Virus record (IMG/VR): IMGVR_UViG_3300025372_000010
Coordinates: 32,001-96,000 of that record
DNA: 64,000 nucleotides
Origin: a virus
Taxonomy: Duplodnaviria; Caudoviricetes
Reading direction: 5' to 3' (one strand)
The notes under the pieces: model-generated
What the model was told of the DNA's origin: nothing
The model's input: the letters and a program-made list of their open reading frames with translations, nothing else
Databases searched by the model: none
Part shown: one piece after another, positions 39,891 through 49,951 of the stretch
How the letters are laid out: each line of letters starts with the position of its first letter
Numbering within the stretch: the first letter of the stretch is position 1
Translations under genes and position numbers: made by a program

Positions 39891-40700
39891 TTACATAAAA
39901 CTTACTCCAAAATCTACAGTCTCTTCAACTGTATCTTCTATGACCATAGGTAATTCCTGTTGTACAAATGTTGGAGTCTTTATAAGAGTTCCAAACTCAT
40001 CTACAAAGAAACCATGCACTATTTGATGATCTGATAAGTAAGTGAGAGGATGTGACTCTTTTAAAGCAGTCGTAACATGATTGTACAAGTCCCATGCTGA
40101 GTCAGGATTTCCGCTATAATAGTAAGTTGGCTTATCTAATTCACGCTTAACTATTCCTACCTGCGTAAGCGTTAACACGCCTAGATCTGCATACAACTCT
40201 CCAATAATAGCACCTTGTTGTTTTCTAGTTAAATAGACATTCTTAAGCATCTCTTTATCTTCTACTAAGTTATCATAATATAGCTTAGCATTAGATATTT
40301 GATGCTGTATAGTTGTAGTCGCATCGCTTAAAGCTGTACCAGTATGTTTACGCTTGTAGTTTCCTATGTCTCCAGATACTACACCGTTCATACATATAAA
40401 TACTTGTGCTCCAATAGCACACTTAAATCTCATCATCTTGTTATAAGAGTTAGACCAAGCAAACATCAATCCCATATCAGAATCGTTTCCATAGTCTAAA
40501 TGATATATACCTTGTGCAACTTGTGCATCTAGAGTTGTTTTATATAACTCTTTCTTGATTGTGAAACCCGCTGCAGATAATTCTTTACGTGTTTCATCTA
40601 TAATGTGACCGTGTGGTATCACGGCATATCTCTTCCCATGATTAGGAAGAGCAGCAAATCTAAGTAAGTCACTAGTGACAAACTCTGTTTTAATTGGCAT
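39891..40700 (-). CDS. DUF932-like protein
   Basis: 'WSNSYNK...G..VFICMNG.V...RKHTG...WDLYN.VT' pattern. Confidence 0.65.
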   Translation of the reverse strand: MPIKTEFVTSDLLRFAALPNHGKRYAVIPHGHIIDETRKELSAAGFTIKKELYKTTLDAQVAQGIYHLDYGNDSDMGLMFAWSNSYNKMMRFKCAIGAQVFICMNGVVSGDIGNYKRKHTGTALSDATTTIQHQISNAKLYYDNLVEDKEMLKNVYLTRKQQGAIIGELYADLGVLTLTQVGIVKRELDKPTYYYSGNPDSAWDLYNHVTTALKESHPLTYLSDHQIVHGFFVDEFGTLIKTPTFVQQELPMVIEDTVEETVDFGVSFM

Positions 40701-40710
40701 AACCCTAAGT

Positions 40711-42669
40711 TTAAAAAAGTGATAGTTGGCTAAACGATTTAGGTTTAACCTTGTTAATTTGTTCTATCTGTTTATAGATCTCTTGTAGATAATACTTCTT
40801 GTCAATATCATAACTGTTTAGAGGTTTAGTAGGATCAATATGATTGATTGTTGTTTGCAACCATTCACCTGACTCTACTTGTATCTCTCTACCATCAGGA
40901 TTACACTTGACAAGCTTACTACCTTGATTAGAGATAAAATATCTTACAATCTTCTGTAGTTTAGTACTTACTAGTTGACCATTCTCAATGCGTCTTTCTT
41001 CAAAGTGCCAAACACCTTTAGCTTTAACGCCCGCACAATAGTCAAATACGTTTTGATTACTCTCCAGATAATCCTCTGGTAAGATATCATGTAATAAATA
41101 AGCAGAGATTGCTTTAGGAATAATTAGAAAGGACTTGTTTTTATGGAAGACAGCTACTTTCTTCTTATCTAGATCTTCCCATTCAAAGGCACCCTTAGAC
41201 TTTACTTTATCTTTAGTAGTGATAGCCATGTAATTATTTACATCACGGATGATCATCTTTTTATATTGATCGTGCTCTAGATTAAGCTGAGTTAATAAAG
41301 ACCACTGATCACATACTTTCATATAATCATCTATACGATGTGTAGGTATCATCATCTCGAGACCATCAGTATTCTGCATAAGAGGCTTTGCTTCTGGTAT
41401 AGCTAGTGTTAACATCTCATATAGTTGAGACAGTAATAGCTGACCGTTAATAGTGATCTGCATAGTCATTTTAGGATCATACAGGAAGCTATTCTCATCG
41501 CCTGTTAAGCCGTAAGTTGAGTTAAGAATAATCTTATAAACATAGTTTCTAGGATCAGTCTTTGGTATCTTCTTTCTTTCTTCAAAGAACCACTCATACA
41601 GTTCTCCAAACTCTTGTTGTGGAAGATGTTCAGGATGAAACTTATTCTTAATAGCTAGATTAGGATAGAATGATGTTACATCAGAAGTCATGATTATCCA
41701 ACCTGCATCAGCTGTATAAACACCAGATGTTGTGGCACCATGAATACCGCCTAGACCATAATCAGTTTTAACACCTTTATAGTCTAGAGTGTATTTAAAC
41801 CCATCTTTAGTGGATGTAATAACTTTAGTTCTAAAATAGTCGAGGATCTTTTGGAATTCAGGAGTCTGAAACTTTACATAAGGGAGTATACAGTCTGCTA
41901 AAACTATATAGTCACGCTTTGTTCTAAGTTGTTTAATATCAGACTTTTCCCATCCAAGCTTTTTTGATAAGAAGTGTAGGAATAACTCTTTAGATATTCT
42001 TGGCTCTGATGCAGAATAGAGATCAATCCCATATTCTTTTGTCAGAGTTTGTCTAAGCTGTATTTGTTCTTTAGAATGGTCTAATATCTTTCTAGTAGAT
42101 AATACATCATTGAAACAATACTCGATGATATCTTGCAATGTGGCATCATCAGGAACAGGTTCGTTATGTTTATGAGGCATCTCTTCAACATTCTCCCAGT
42201 CCATAGAATACTGTATCCATTTCAAGCTACTCATCTTAGCTTTATTATCCCAATGGTTCATCTTAAAAAGATCGATCTGTCTAATCTTAAGCTTAGCAGG
42301 TGAATAGTCTGCAAACTTACCAGCATCAGCTGTACTGATTACTTTTTGTGCATACGCATAGATATGTTCTATAAGCTTATCGGTGGGTAGCTTTAGTAAC
42401 ATCTTTTGCTTATCTAGCATCCATTGAGTTATCTGAGCATCAAAAGCTAATCCATTATAGGATATGTGCCATTGATTTAGATCTCTACAGTCATTAAGAA
42501 ACTTAATTAGTGTAGGAAAATCATTCTGACTTCCATGAATAACAAAGACCTTGCTAATACTATCGTCCTTATAGTGTTGAAACACTGCGACAAAAGTATC
42601 CATCAAGGTCTCATAGTCCATTACCCAGTGGGTGGCTATTTTCGGAGTTGTGGTAGATTCACTACTCAT
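40711..42669 (-). CDS. polB: Family B DNA polymerase
   Basis: Exonuclease motifs 'DYE', 'YNGLAFD', 'YCFNDV'; polymerase motifs 'DVTSFYPN', 'KIILNSTYG', 'NTDG'. Confidence 0.92.
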   Translation of the reverse strand: MSSESTTTPKIATHWVMDYETLMDTFVAVFQHYKDDSISKVFVIHGSQNDFPTLIKFLNDCRDLNQWHISYNGLAFDAQITQWMLDKQKMLLKLPTDKLIEHIYAYAQKVISTADAGKFADYSPAKLKIRQIDLFKMNHWDNKAKMSSLKWIQYSMDWENVEEMPHKHNEPVPDDATLQDIIEYCFNDVLSTRKILDHSKEQIQLRQTLTKEYGIDLYSASEPRISKELFLHFLSKKLGWEKSDIKQLRTKRDYIVLADCILPYVKFQTPEFQKILDYFRTKVITSTKDGFKYTLDYKGVKTDYGLGGIHGATTSGVYTADAGWIIMTSDVTSFYPNLAIKNKFHPEHLPQQEFGELYEWFFEERKKIPKTDPRNYVYKIILNSTYGLTGDENSFLYDPKMTMQITINGQLLLSQLYEMLTLAIPEAKPLMQNTDGLEMMIPTHRIDDYMKVCDQWSLLTQLNLEHDQYKKMIIRDVNNYMAITTKDKVKSKGAFEWEDLDKKKVAVFHKNKSFLIIPKAISAYLLHDILPEDYLESNQNVFDYCAGVKAKGVWHFEERRIENGQLVSTKLQKIVRYFISNQGSKLVKCNPDGREIQVESGEWLQTTINHIDPTKPLNSYDIDKKYYLQEIYKQIEQINKVKPKSFSQLSLF

Positions 42670-42716
42670 AGGAATGATTGTTCAGTTAAGCTGTTCCCCC
42701 TTTAAATCTTAGAGCC

Positions 42717-42740
42717 AAAAAAAGCAGCCTAAACTGCTTT
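42717..42740 (-). terminator. Intrinsic terminator upstream of polB
   Basis: AAAGCAG-tttagg-CTGCTTT followed by TTTT on the minus strand. Confidence 0.5.
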
Positions 42741-42764
42741 GTTCGGTCTGGGATAGTTGGTTAT

Positions 42765-43178
42765 TTATCCAGGAATTATAGTTGGCTGAGTTACTATCAA
42801 CGGTTCTGCTGGTGGATTTAAGTATTGATTATAATCAAATGTATCAGCGTTAACTGCTACTAAGTTAATGATATCAATAATCTCATTGTTTCTCTCAACA
42901 TAATACTCATAGAATGTTTCTAATGTCTTACGCTCTTCAGCATAATCTTTTCCATTAGCACGTCTACCAATCTTAGATGTAATAGGGTCTCCCTTATCAT
43001 CAAGTTTAGCTAACATATGTAAAGATTGTTTCTTTTCTTTACCTATTAAAGCTAATACTTTACCATCTAAATCATAGATAGCTTCGTTAAAAGTACTATC
43101 TGGTGATACTGGTATCATTTTAAAAGTTTTTTTGTTACCCCAGCTGCTGGTAACTAGCATCATTGTTTTACTGCTCAT
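42765..43178 (-). CDS. Hypothetical protein
   Basis: 137-aa ORF preceded by a promoter motif. Confidence 0.65.
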   Translation of the reverse strand: MSSKTMMLVTSSWGNKKTFKMIPVSPDSTFNEAIYDLDGKVLALIGKEKKQSLHMLAKLDDKGDPITSKIGRRANGKDYAEERKTLETFYEYYVERNNEIIDIINLVAVNADTFDYNQYLNPPAEPLIVTQPTIIPG

Positions 43179-43196
43179 TGTGTTGGTTTAAGAGTA

Positions 43197-43229
43197 CAAA
43201 GTTATACAGTTTTAGCTGACATCTCCAAA
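43197..43229 (-). promoter_or_regulatory. Bacteroidota sigma-A-type promoter
   Basis: TTTG-N21-TAACTTTG on the minus strand. Confidence 0.65.
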
Positions 43230-43762
43230 TCTTTTACATGTATTTTTAAAGTTTCTTTGGAAGAGTCATATGGGTCGCATAGTTCACCTACTTGTTCTAG
43301 TAGACTAACAGGTACATTAAGAAGCTTAGCATATACCCCGAAATACTTTTCAGGGTATAAGTAAGTCTCAATGTATTTATATTCAGCGGGATTGTTACTG
43401 TAGTAGTACTTTATAGCTTTTTTAAAGATAACAGATAGCTTTGAATACTTACCCATCAGAAAGTTGAACCAGTCATCTTGGTAAACCTCAAAGTTAAAGA
43501 TGTACACTTTTTGGTCGTGTATATATCTACATTCTTTAAAGAGAGGGTTATCTAGAAGCATCATCTTCTCAAAAGCTGCAAACTCTTCTGACTCATTTTG
43601 TTCAAATGTACAGATTAGTAAAGCATCTTCTGGGTTAATACTATCTTCTAGAGAGACATAAGTACCTGTTGGCACAAACTTCCCGCCTTTCTTTGTTCCT
43701 ATAAGAGGATATAAGAATGATCTAGATTTCTGAAAGTACTTACCGTATAAACTCTCTATCAT
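43202..43762 (-). CDS. Hypothetical protein
   Basis: 186 aa; 'F..GKYSK' motif; adjacent to the nuclease gene. Confidence 0.65.
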   Translation of the reverse strand: MIESLYGKYFQKSRSFLYPLIGTKKGGKFVPTGTYVSLEDSINPEDALLICTFEQNESEEFAAFEKMMLLDNPLFKECRYIHDQKVYIFNFEVYQDDWFNFLMGKYSKLSVIFKKAIKYYYSNNPAEYKYIETYLYPEKYFGVYAKLLNVPVSLLEQVGELCDPYDSSKETLKIHVKDLEMSAKTV

Positions 43763-43774
43763 AGTTTTATCTTT

Positions 43775-44833
43775 TTACAAAGATACTTTACCTAAAGCAA
43801 ACTCTTGAGGTAAATCGTAACTTTTATTTACATAATGCCACTCAGCTGTTTCTAAAGTCTTAGTAAGTTTACTAAACCAAGAGTTTAAAGTTTCTTGAGT
43901 TACTGGAAAAGCGTAAACCTGGAAGGTTTTGTTAATCACAATAAAGTTAAACTCTAAACTATATCCTTGTTCAATATATATACTATATTTAACTCCTACT
44001 AGTGTACAGTAAATAACAGCTTGAAGCCAGTAAGAATAATACTCAACTGTCTCTGGGAAGTCTTTTAACTCTTTACTAGTAGTTTTAATATCATTGATAC
44101 GAATTACTTTCTTATCATGATCTAATACTAAGTTATCAATAATTCCCTTAAGACCAAAAGATTTTCCTGTTACTTGACAGTCTAAAGCTATCTCGTTATA
44201 GACATCTATGTTCTGAAAGTCACTAGTGTTACAAGCTATTAGGTCACAGATATTCTTATTAGTCTTCATTAAGTCTACAGCATTCTTACAGAAGTCGAAG
44301 TCTTCTTGATTGACTAATATCTTACCGTTTTTCTTCTTTAAGAATTCCCAGTAGTGTAATATATCAGGAGTGATGACCTTTTCAATACGCTGAGCATCTG
44401 TCTTTAGATTCTGAAAGTAGTTCATATCTTTCATTACATCTAATATAGCAGACTCAAACTCTACTAATTCAGTTCTATTATCTCCATTACGAGAAAGCTC
44501 TTCATAGTGTCTAAACACTCTATCCGCTACAATACGAGGATTACCTGTAGGTACGTTTGAAGGAGTGATCATAAACTGATCGTTAATATTCTCTTCTTCT
44601 AATAATAAACAGTGGATTAACTTACCCTGTACTAGATGTGAGTCTAGTCTTTCTTCCTTGTTACCAAGGATGTACAATTGATAGAACACAGCTGGGTTCC
44701 ATAATAACTTGCTTAAACTGCTATAGCTAAACTGAAACGGCTTAGCATAAAACTCATCTTGCTTAAGCATTATGGTTTCTTGCATCATATCATCTATCAT
44801 AGCGTTAAAGTCCAACTCTTCGGTTAGTTCCAT
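43775..44833 (-). CDS. PD-(D/E)XK exonuclease (RecE/Cas4-like)
   Basis: 'FSYSSL', 'G..IHCLLLE', 'E...KGIIDNL...INDIKTT', 'YWLQAVIY'. Confidence 0.8.
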   Translation of the reverse strand: MELTEELDFNAMIDDMMQETIMLKQDEFYAKPFQFSYSSLSKLLWNPAVFYQLYILGNKEERLDSHLVQGKLIHCLLLEEENINDQFMITPSNVPTGNPRIVADRVFRHYEELSRNGDNRTELVEFESAILDVMKDMNYFQNLKTDAQRIEKVITPDILHYWEFLKKKNGKILVNQEDFDFCKNAVDLMKTNKNICDLIACNTSDFQNIDVYNEIALDCQVTGKSFGLKGIIDNLVLDHDKKVIRINDIKTTSKELKDFPETVEYYSYWLQAVIYCTLVGVKYSIYIEQGYSLEFNFIVINKTFQVYAFPVTQETLNSWFSKLTKTLETAEWHYVNKSYDLPQEFALGKVSL

Positions 44834-45144
44834 CCTTCTTCTGTTTTTTGGTTTAATAATTTTTGTGCAACCTCGCATAGCTGCATACCACTGATTTGAT
44901 CACAGTCTATACTATGACTATAACTAAACTCATAATACTTGTCGTAAAAACAAGCAGCTATACTTCTCCAAGTTAGATCTTCTTCACAACGCCATCTTCT
45001 GATATCATTTATCATATCTATAGTGAGGTCATTTGTTAAGCTTTCTATTTCTTGGTTCCATCTTTTTTGAAACAGCTCTCTTCCTTTTTGTAATTCAGGA
45101 TCATTAAGCCAGTTTTCTAATAAGCCTTCACTAGTCTGGGACAT
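44824..45144 (-). CDS. Hypothetical protein
   Basis: 106-aa ORF overlapping its neighbours. Confidence 0.55.
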   Translation of the reverse strand: MSQTSEGLLENWLNDPELQKGRELFQKRWNQEIESLTNDLTIDMINDIRRWRCEEDLTWRSIAACFYDKYYEFSYSHSIDCDQISGMQLCEVAQKLLNQKTEEGWN

Positions 45145-45541
45145 GTTCTCCTGTTTTTTCTCTGTTATCTAATTCGGTTTGCATAATCTTTCTCATCCAT
45201 TCAGGTGCATGTGTTTGCGTATCTAATACAGCTTGTAAATGTTGATCAGACATATCTGCTACACACTTCCATTGTAAAGGTTGTTTACCATCTTTACCAC
45301 GGTTTCCCCAATGAGCAGTATATCTCATCTTTTCATGATCGTCAGATAGATATATACTAATAGATCTATCTACTTTAGACATGTCATGGCCGCCATAGCG
45401 TTGGTAGTCATTGCCACCATCTACCATAGTTTGATTAGGACACTTACATGTTTTGTAATCATGTCGATGATAAGATATTAATACTTCCCCGCATTCTTTG
45501 CATAGTACTCTATTAAGTACCATTTGTTCTAATCCATTCAT
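45131..45541 (-). CDS. Zn-ribbon hypothetical protein
   Basis: 'CKECG....S.HRHDY..C.C...VDGG.DY.R', 'WGNRGKDG'. Confidence 0.65.
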   Translation of the reverse strand: MNGLEQMVLNRVLCKECGEVLISYHRHDYKTCKCPNQTMVDGGNDYQRYGGHDMSKVDRSISIYLSDDHEKMRYTAHWGNRGKDGKQPLQWKCVADMSDQHLQAVLDTQTHAPEWMRKIMQTELDNREKTGEHVPD

Positions 45542-45544
45542 AAC

Positions 45545-45979
45545 TTACTTTTTTCTAGGTGACCATTCACCTCTGTTAATAGATTCCGCACAGGTTTTAC
45601 ATACTATAGTAACCCAACGAGATGTTACTCCAAGGTCTTCTTCTGTTCCGCAGTTTTCACATATGTTACTGCACATATGCTCTGCCATCAATATCATACC
45701 TTGTATTTTTTTATCTGCATTACCATCTGTATAGAATCTTAGTCTTCCAAACTTCTCTTTCATTTGAAAACAGGTTATCTGCTCTACTTTTTTATCTCCT
45801 GAAAAAGTATAACGATTCCAATCATCTATATAAGATTGTATAGAATCACATAATATATCTATAATAGGTAACCAAGCTTTAGGTACGCCAGTCCAGTTAC
45901 ATCTACCTGGATTACCTTCATAGTCTACAAATATCTTAGGATACTTGTCTATTAGCTCTTCGATTGTGATTTTGGCCAT
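45545..45979 (-). CDS. Hypothetical phage protein
   Basis: 'Q.KEKFG.LRFY...CENCG...C..C' motif. Confidence 0.65.
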   Translation of the reverse strand: MAKITIEELIDKYPKIFVDYEGNPGRCNWTGVPKAWLPIIDILCDSIQSYIDDWNRYTFSGDKKVEQITCFQMKEKFGRLRFYTDGNADKKIQGMILMAEHMCSNICENCGTEEDLGVTSRWVTIVCKTCAESINRGEWSPRKK

Positions 45980-46194
45980 ACTTCTATCTTTTTAAGTTTT
46001 TCACCAATACGTATTTGACTACGTGTATCAACAGTGTAAGCTTCTTCGTATTCTAGAAACTCCACAAGCTCTTTTAGAGTAGCTTTTAATTTAGTGCTTT
46101 CTTTATGTGCTATGTATAACGCATGGGTTAGTTGCCCACTTTCAGCTTTAGCATCTTCTGCCATAAGCTGATACTTGTTTAAATCATCGCTCAT
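45952..46194 (-). CDS. Hypothetical protein
   Basis: 80-aa ORF packed in operon. Confidence 0.5.
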   Translation of the reverse strand: MSDDLNKYQLMAEDAKAESGQLTHALYIAHKESTKLKATLKELVEFLEYEEAYTVDTRSQIRIGEKLKKIEVWPKSQSKS

Positions 46195-46586
46195 TTCTTT
46201 TCTTTTTGTGTTTTCATATCGTGACAGGTCTCACAGAGCACCTGTAGATTATCTATCTCACAGAATAGTCTCTCTACAAAGTCTGGTAGATCATTCTTCG
46301 ACTTTAATGTGCCGGCTGGTATAATATGATCTACATTGATCTTCTTTTCAGGAAACCAGTGTTTACACTTATTACATAGATATTCATAACGCTGTCTCTT
46401 ATTAGGTCCCTTATAGGCTCTTCTAGCATTCATTTTACATTGAGTGATAGGTTTCCACCATCTTGACTTTTGTCTTAATGCACTACGGATAAAGCTCCAG
46501 AAAGCTGATTCTGTCATAGTACCAGCATTTCTAACTTTAGTAGTTACTTTACGGGTTGTCTTAGGCACCTTTTTAACAGGAGACAT
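46191..46586 (-). CDS. HNH endonuclease
   Basis: 'CNKC...VDHIIP...NLQVLCETCH..KT'. Confidence 0.8.
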   Translation of the reverse strand: MSPVKKVPKTTRKVTTKVRNAGTMTESAFWSFIRSALRQKSRWWKPITQCKMNARRAYKGPNKRQRYEYLCNKCKHWFPEKKINVDHIIPAGTLKSKNDLPDFVERLFCEIDNLQVLCETCHDMKTQKEKK

Positions 46587-46587
46587 G

Positions 46588-47571
46588 TTACGATATTTTT
46601 TTGTTTATTAATGTGATGAGCACTTCTCTAGTCTTTTTTGCTCCATGATCTTTAATAGAATCAGAGGGATCTTTACTTAGAGGTAGTACAGCCACTTCTA
46701 CAAAAGGATAGTTTTCTTTATACTTCTGCATAGATTTAATACCAGCTTCATCGTTATCAAAGATAATAATAATCTTTTTATAACTCTCCTGGAATTCTTG
46801 CATCTGCTCTGCTTTAATCATTGTGTTCTCAGAGTCGGGAGCTACTACATCTATAGAAGATAGTTTAAGCGATTTAATAGACATTATATCCTTAAGGCTA
46901 GAAGTGATAACAAGATAGTCTTGCTTACTCAATTGCTCCATGCCTTGGATGTAGTCTCTCACCTTTATAAACTTTTTATCTAGCGTCTTGGGCTGATAAA
47001 TCTTATAAAGAGATCCATCTTTCTTAAAATATCCATAGAGATAGTTACTGCTAATCACTAGCGTTTTATCATCACTATCAGATTCTTCTTTATGAAGATA
47101 ATAACTACTTAATGGACGAACATTATATTCGTCTAGCATCTTAGATCCTATATTGAACTGTGTCCAATAATAAGCATCTTGATTAGTCCAGCCTCTCAGT
47201 ACATACTGACTCACCTTGTATTTAGATTGCTTTTTAAAGATACCTACATCATAGCCTCCATTGTTATGAAGGATAAAGTCGTTGTAGATTTCAATAATAA
47301 GCTCTGCAGCTTGATGAAACTTTAGCTGATGCATATCTTTTACAAGATCTATAGCTGAGCCTGATTTACCAGTAGAGAAGTCCTTAAACTTGTAAACTCC
47401 AGTTTTACTTACATAGATGCACATACTAGGTGTACGTTCTTTAGAGTTAAATATACTCTTGATCTTTACATCTTGACCTGTAAGTTTTTCTTTGAGTTTG
47501 CAGAAGTGTTCAAACATCCAGGGGATGGGTACATCTTTTATATTGTGTACCAAGTTCTTTGTCTTAAACAT
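46588..47571 (-). CDS. DNA primase (TOPRIM)
   Basis: 'ERTPS...FKDFSTG', 'ITSSLKD', 'FDNDEAG', 'KDPSD'. Confidence 0.85.
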   Translation of the reverse strand: MFKTKNLVHNIKDVPIPWMFEHFCKLKEKLTGQDVKIKSIFNSKERTPSMCIYVSKTGVYKFKDFSTGKSGSAIDLVKDMHQLKFHQAAELIIEIYNDFILHNNGGYDVGIFKKQSKYKVSQYVLRGWTNQDAYYWTQFNIGSKMLDEYNVRPLSSYYLHKEESDSDDKTLVISSNYLYGYFKKDGSLYKIYQPKTLDKKFIKVRDYIQGMEQLSKQDYLVITSSLKDIMSIKSLKLSSIDVVAPDSENTMIKAEQMQEFQESYKKIIIIFDNDEAGIKSMQKYKENYPFVEVAVLPLSKDPSDSIKDHGAKKTREVLITLINKKIS

Positions 47572-47585
47572 AGGATATGAAGTTT

Positions 47586-47615
47586 AAAAAAGAGGGGGAT
47601 GTAGAAACACCCCCC
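47586..47615 (-). terminator. Intrinsic terminator after SSB-like gene
   Basis: GGGGGGTGT-ttct-ACATCCCCCT followed by CTTTTTT on the minus strand. Confidence 0.65.
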
Positions 47616-47646
47616 GACTGTGTATATATAGTCAGAACTAAAAGGC

Positions 47647-48261
47647 TTACATATCGAAGTCATTATTAGCTGGCTCAAAGCTACCAACTGCTTTTGAAGC
47701 AGGTAAAGCTTTGTAATGATACTGATTGTTCTTATCGAACTTATCTAACTTGCTATCATCAGAGCTTACAAACTTAAACTTAGGCAAAGATAACTTAACT
47801 ATTGTTTTTCCGTTGTATTCTTCCTCTGTACCTTTTAAGAAGAAATACACATTGTTACCCTTAACTATGTTAATAGCTTGTGCAACCCAGTCTTCAATGC
47901 TTGAAGCAGAGATAGAATCGATCTCACTTCTCAACCCTAACTCTGCAGCTATTGTTGTAAGTTTGTACAAGATCTCATTCTTCATAACATTAGTCTCATC
48001 GAATTGATCAGTCCAAATAGTTGCAGTAACTCTTGCTGATTGACCTTTAAACTTAGGGCCATCATCGTTACCTTTCTCAATTGACCAACCCTCAAAGTCT
48101 GGTAAGGCTGGACCTTCTAATACTAACTCAAGGACTTTCTTATCCTTCTTGTTAGATGTTCTTAACGCACCGCTGTAGATGTGTGCATAAACTACTCCTG
48201 GCTGTAAGGATTTTGCTACTCCTCCGCCTTGTTTTACTTCTTGTCCTTTTGTACTGAACAT
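47647..48261 (-). CDS. Putative ssDNA-binding protein
   Basis: 204 aa; lies between the ATPase and primase genes; short acidic/aromatic tail 'NNDFDM'. Confidence 0.5.
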   Translation of the reverse strand: MFSTKGQEVKQGGGVAKSLQPGVVYAHIYSGALRTSNKKDKKVLELVLEGPALPDFEGWSIEKGNDDGPKFKGQSARVTATIWTDQFDETNVMKNEILYKLTTIAAELGLRSEIDSISASSIEDWVAQAINIVKGNNVYFFLKGTEEEYNGKTIVKLSLPKFKFVSSDDSKLDKFDKNNQYHYKALPASKAVGSFEPANNDFDM

Positions 48262-48287
48262 AGTGGTTTGTATTTAATTATTAATAA

Positions 48288-49943
48288 TTACTTTTCATAG
48301 TCTAATATAGACTGTCTTACATAAGCTAAATCATTAGCTATCTCAAAGCTTGGGAACATACCTCTTGGACTCTTACAAGTATTCTCACCATTGTTAGATG
48401 TCTCAAATACATAACGGATGTTACCATCTTTGTCTTTCTTTACCTTACCAAATAATACGATAGAGAATAAACCCTCTAGGGTTAACTTTTCATCTACCAT
48501 TTTCTTTTACTACCTCCAGTTTCTTGGAGGAATAGACTATATCTTCTAAATTTTATATTTCCATATCAGACCGCATGCAGACTTGGTTCTACCTGCACAT
48601 ACGTTAGCAATCTGACCTCTTCTACAATTATGCTCAATAGCAGCTTCTTGTATAGAAGAGTATTCTTTTTTAATATTACCATCACTATCTATAAGAAGAA
48701 CAGGTTTATATCTTTTTCTTTTTGTTTCTTCTGATTGCTTTTTACCTAGGTTATGCTGTCTTATTTTATTTTTAGTTATTTCTGATAACTTTTTACCTAA
48801 GTGAGCTTTACTGATTTTAGCTTTAACATCAACAGGTCTTTCACGACCTTTTAGAGATTTTGATCTTTTCAGTTTACTTTCTTCTGATACTATTTGTTGT
48901 TGATTGCCATCTCCACCAATAGTCATATTTACTAAGGAATATCCCCAGGATTTTAACTGACTGATCCAGTATTGCTCAAGCTTTTTCCAACATTCATTTG
49001 GCTCTACAATGTCAATAACTTCTATAATTGGTATTGTACCTTTTAAGAGTAATCCTTTGATCCAGGCTTTTTTATAAGTGCTTGTTCCATTGTGTAAGCT
49101 ATCATGTATGTGTTGCGATAGTCTATATTTTAAAGAACTTGTGGTTTTTCCTATATATCTGATTTGTTCAGTTATAGGATCCGTTAGGGTGTAGATTATT
49201 ATAGTTTTCATAAGTGACTTCTATAATATAATCTACAAAACCTTTGGTTAAATACAAAATTTACTTCACCATTTCCCCCAAGGTTTTCTTGGAGTACTCC
49301 CCATCACAGGGATAGTCGTTGAACTTTTATCCTTGGCACCATCCAGTAGGATACTTAGCTGCTGATTACCCAATCTCTATCTCTTTTACTATATTACAAT
49401 TATTACTATTGTAGGGAGTGTATAGAGCTCTAAGGGTGTCCCAGTCAATTAGATGAATACAGGCAAAATGATTTCACCAATAGTTTTTGCTTTAAACTTA
49501 CGTTTACCCTCTAAGTCAGTTGACTCTTCAGCATGAGTTAAGAAATAAACTTGTAAGTCCTCTCTTAGATCTTTTGGCATTCTAGCTATACGAGCCAAAC
49601 CTGCACCGATCTGAGTAAATTTTTCGTAGCCTTTCTCGTCACTTCTATCAAAGTACTCGAATGAAGACATGTATTGAAAGTCATCAACGACTACTACCTT
49701 TATTTCAGGTCTTTTGTCACTGATGTATTTCAACGCTGCTTCAATAGCTGGTACACTTGCTTTGTCATACATATTACCTTGTGGGTTTTCTTTAGACCAA
49801 AGTGTGTACTTTGATTTCCATCCTCTGAAAGGAAGAGCTTTGTTAGCTACGTTAATGATAAAAGTCTCCTTAGGATTTAAGGACTCAATGCTAGTTGATT
49901 TACCAGCACCACTTTCTGCGATTACTAATACGCCTGTTGCCAT
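48288..49943 (-). CDS. Sak4/AAA_24-like ATPase, spliced (exon 1 49943-49476, exon 2 48503-48288; 227 aa)
   Basis: Walker A 'AESGAGKST', Walker B 'VVVDDFQY'; joining the exons restores 'KAKTIG|KMVDEKLTLEGLF'. Confidence 0.85.
48504..49475 (-). mobile_element. Group I intron (972 nt) with homing endonuclease
   Basis: Exon 1 ends in U and the intron ends in G; Q-like AATCAGCAG, R GTTCAACGACTA and S AAGATATAGTCT elements; IGS CATTTTGCC pairs with both exons. Confidence 0.9.
48546..49211 (-). CDS. Intron-encoded GIY-YIG homing endonuclease with NUMOD3/NUMOD1 repeats
   Basis: 'IIYTL...IRYIGKT...R..QH...E..WI...N...GG'; 'SEETK.K' repeats; C-terminal 'YSSIQEAA'. Confidence 0.88.
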   Translation of the reverse strand: MKTIIIYTLTDPITEQIRYIGKTTSSLKYRLSQHIHDSLHNGTSTYKKAWIKGLLLKGTIPIIEVIDIVEPNECWKKLEQYWISQLKSWGYSLVNMTIGGDGNQQQIVSEESKLKRSKSLKGRERPVDVKAKISKAHLGKKLSEITKNKIRQHNLGKKQSEETKRKRYKPVLLIDSDGNIKKEYSSIQEAAIEHNCRRGQIANVCAGRTKSACGLIWKYKI

Positions 49944-49951
49944 GTTGTGTG

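Noticed and set aside
48288-48500. Independent 70-aa gene or pseudogene fragment
   Set aside because: Better explained as exon 2 of the intron-split ATPase
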